From Magallana gigas (lineage: Eukaryota), in NCBI RefSeq assembly GCF_963853765.1, contig NC_088861.1:992001-1056000 (forward strand): DNA of 64,000 bases, written 5' to 3'. Below are positions 60,634 through 64,000 of the stretch, in pieces (position 1 is the stretch's first letter; every line of letters starts with the position of its first letter). Below the pieces are notes generated by a model that saw only the letters and a program-made list of their open reading frames with translations, did no database searches and was not told where the DNA came from. The position numbers and the translations under genes are program-made.

Positions 60634-63600
60634 ATGGCGATGTTGAAGGTAATATTTTGGTTTAATATAATATATGATTTAATTGCTTTAATTTTTTGTG
60701 AAAATATATTTTTTAGGATTCCTTATTTGTTGAGCTATGTTAATGTCACTTTCTCGTAATTTTACCCATCAGGATCCATTGTGTACATTTTATTACGAAA
60801 TTAAGATTAATAAACAAACACTATCCCATAAGTGATAACCATTTTAGGATCACATTAAGAATAGACAATGATATTTTGATATGACGTTATGAAAAAAAAA
60901 GAAATCAATGGTTATATTTTCGGAGATGAAATAACCTCTCACTTCTTCAAATTAAGGCAGTTCTGTTCAACATTTCAGATTCATATAATTGTCAACATCA
61001 AACACATGAGTAATTGCAAATCTTTGAAGCTTGAAAGACTACTTCACAATAGAAAAACACATTTCTCAACTCAGTTTTGCAATGAAAAAAAAATGTAAAA
61101 GTTTGTACAATATGATAGTACTGCGTTGCTCTTACTTCAGCATTGTATTTTCATTCAATGAATAATGTGTGATCGATGGTCAGAATGGGTCAAATACTGG
61201 CACCAGATAGCTCAGTTGGTAGAGCACCTGACTAGAGATACAGGGGGCCTGGGTTCAAATTTCAGTCTTGTCTGTCCTTATTTCTCCCATCCTGTTACAT
61301 TTGGTGCAGTGCCAACCCCTGATAATGGCAGGTTACTCCTCCCAGAGGAAGAGCCTGGGATGATCTTTAAAGTCAAAGATTATTTAAGTAGGTAGGAATG
61401 TGACAGTATGACCAGTACAAATCCAATTTACCAGCGCCAGATAGATCATTTGGTATAGTATCTGACACGATATTAAGGGGGCCTGAGTTTAAATTCTGGT
61501 CTGGTCAGTCATTAGTTCTTGGTTCCATTTTCCCCATTTGTTTATGGGTTAATACGACAAGGGCTAGCCTATTATAAAAGGGTTATATGTCATTAGACAC
61601 ACTGCTGTATCTGAATTCAAAAGAATGCAAATTCATTTATAAATTTTGGGAATAGACTTCCATGTTTCAACAATGTGTGAATATTAAGTATTCTTTATGG
61701 TATCATGAGATGTATAAACGTAACTGTATAATTATGTTTTTGTGTCAGAAAATAAAAATAAGTCATAGGAAACAATGCAATGAATGAATCCAAACTTGCA
61801 TTTAGTTTAAGAAAAAGGAAAAAAATATAAATCCAAAGTATGGCAATTTATGCCAGCAACTAAAAGCTAGGCCTCATAAGGCCAGTTATAAAATGTACTA
61901 TAACAATTTTGCTCACATTTGTATTTCAAAATTTTACAGCAACAAGGCCAATCACAGTTTGAAGAAAGATGGCCTACAATGAGACTGACAGCCCTCAAGT
62001 TGTTACGTCAGGAACCCGTCACAAAGGCGGAGTGGCAGGACCTGTTTTGGTATAGTTCTATACCTACATAGGCTACATAGGCTATGATATTAAAGAAAGA
62101 TTAAATTTGTGAAACTCTTGCTATAAGCTTGAAATAATTCAGAGTCATGTCTATCATATGGGGCAACAAAACACTATGGTCATGAAGATTTTGAAGAAAA
62201 AAAATTAATGTTTTTAAAAAATTTACTTTTTTTTCAGTGCGGTACATTCAGTTTGCCTTTGGGATGATAAAGGACCACAGAAAATGTATAAAGCTTTACA
62301 AGATGATATTTTAGATTTCATCAGACATGCTCAAGCTGTAAGTGCTTTTACTTAAGACAATTTTTTTACAGTCATGTTTGTTACAAGTATTTTCATACTG
62401 ATAGAGAGAATTTACTACAGCTATAATTTGAAAAGTAATTTTCCAGTTTTCTTTTCTCTCTGTATATATCGAACAAAGATACAATTCAAACAGAATATGG
62501 CTTTTGAAGATTATACAGCCTACTCCGGATATATTGAAATTCAGGGGACCATGCAATTTATTTCAATATATCCGTATTTCATTATAAGCGAAATTGACTG
62601 ACGTAAAGCCGCCATTTTGGAAAGTTCAATCCCGATGTAAGCATAGAAAACCAAACCCGAACAAATTATTAGATCATCATTAATCTATTACAATAAACGG
62701 ATTACATGGAACATTAGTCCTTGAAAGTTTGATTAAAATTATATCCGAAAGTTATGTAACTTTCGTTTTGTTACTATCTTAAACCTCATCAAAATCTCGG
62801 ATCGCATTCTTTTACGTTTTAGAAAAACGTTAGAGAAAAATCACCACACTCAAACGCTTCAAATATTGCTGAACGCTGCTTGTATATCATCGTAAGTGTA
62901 CACGCGATAATCTCAAAATCCTTAGCTATTTCGAATTTAGGCTTTGTTCTTTCATCAATAGACATAACTAGTTTGTATTGAGCGTCCGGATATAAGGTAT
63001 TTCTTTTCCGTGGGGTTTCCATATTACGTCTAGCCTCAATACATCCGTATTCGTAAAAACAAAAAATTAAACAGTGAATAAATTTTACTTTTTAATAAAA
63101 GTATAAAAACACACATGAAGAGAAACTTATCAATTCACACCGTTGTATATCAACCGGTCAGTCTGGCATAATTACTGTCACCAACTGTGACGACAGCCGC
63201 CAGGGAGAACTTCAATATAACCGTTATAAAAACAACTAATTATCACCTTTGGGGACCGACCAGTGGCTTCAATATAAGCGATATTTCAAAATAACCGATT
63301 TCATTATATCCGTGAAATCAATGCAAAGAATATGAGAGGTAAAATCGGGGGATTTATTTTTATTTCAAAATAAGCAAAATTTCAAATTAAGCGAGTTCAA
63401 TATAAGTGGAGTAAGCTGTATTTATATCTGAGTCCATAGTCCATTTTCGTATTTGGTTTTAAGGGTATATAATATTATGCCTTTAAATGTTAAATTTTCT
63501 GTATTTCAATGGTTTACTGATAATGATAATCTAATGTACGTGTACTTTGTTTTACAGAGAGTTTTACAACACCAGGAAGATTCTTCTTTACTGAAGGCAT

Positions 63601-63748
63601 ACATTGCTGAATGGGGGAAATTTTTCACCCAGTGTGACTATCTCCCCAAACCATTCATGCAGCTGGTGACATCACTGGCAGGGAAACCTCATGGGAGTGT
63701 CCAGCAAAAGAAGACACAGGGGGAGGAGAGTCTTGTCAGAAAGGTTTG

Positions 63749-63794
<46 letters not shown>

Positions 63795-64000
63795 TATTAA
63801 CTGTAAATTGCTCAACAGTTCTGTTTTACTAAATATATGTCAGCCAGAGTACAAAAATGGTGGGTCTCATTTAATCATCTTAAGACCACAACATTTAATT
63901 CATGTTGTGGTAGGTTTTTTTCATTAAACTAATTAAGACGATTCTTTGTTTAACAGTTGATGCTGGACAGCTGGAATGAGAGTATCTTCTCGAACATAAA
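60634..64000 (+). CDS. CUL5: Cullin-5, 5' exons (continues beyond the window)
   Basis: Exons 60634-60648 (MAMLK), 61940-62049 (QFEERWPTMR..LKLLRQEPVTK.EWQDLF), 62238-62337 (VHSVCLWDDKGP), 63558-63743 (RVLQHQEDSSLLKAYIAEWGKFFTQCDYLPKPF), 63957- (LMLDSWNESIFSNI). Confidence 0.96.
61202..61520 (+). mobile_element. tRNA-derived SINE with a second degenerate tRNA-like head, in CUL5 intron 1
   Basis: A-box TAGCTCAGTTGGTAGAGC and B-box GGTTCAAAT. Second head at ~61435-61510 (CCAGATAGATCATTTGGTATAG...GAGTTTAAATT). Confidence 0.7.
62516..63418 (-). mobile_element. Internally deleted pogo/Tigger (Tc1/mariner) element in CUL5 intron 3
   Basis: TA TSD; TIR CAGCCTACTCCGGATATATTGAA / TTCAATATAAGTGGAGTAAGCTG. 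Retains a CENP-B/psq-type HTH N-terminus at 62819-63022 (METPRKRNTL...KFEIAKDFEI..CTL..IYKQR). Confidence 0.8.
63751..63791 (+). repeat. (GA)n microsatellite; similar tracts at ~14352-14384 and ~54468-54506
   Basis: Direct reading. Confidence 0.95.

Overview
AT-rich eukaryotic scaffold segment with three N-gaps. Its repeat content (Helentron/HINE-like elements carrying ~165-bp satellite units, a V-domain tRNA-SINE, TTAA- and TA-targeting MITEs) suggests a bivalve, probably a Crassostrea/Magallana oyster; this is inference. Host genes rebuilt by hand from splice sites and phases: a 6-exon secreted cationic 2xTSP1 protein (47.3-49.6 kb, -), a probably decayed paralog (9.0-13.3 kb, -), SVIP (50.3-51.2 kb, +), a secreted PAN-EGF-Sushi gene (52.8-54.3+ kb, +), VBP1/PFDN3 (55.8-60.5 kb, -) with a textbook U12 intron, and the 5' part of CUL5 (60.6-64 kb, +), whose ATG is only 108 bp from the VBP1 ATG. 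The main mobile element is an apparently intact 3,452-bp PIF/Harbinger-superfamily (Pangu-like) transposon at 16441-19892, with a transposase, a 3-exon Myb/SANT-like partner gene, perfect 43-bp TIRs and an AAT TSD. It and a related 612-bp MITE sit at mirror-image AAT sites in the two arms of one small palindromic element, which points to target-sequence-specific insertion. The rest is a dense nest of non-autonomous DNA elements, hairpins, SINEs and microsatellites.
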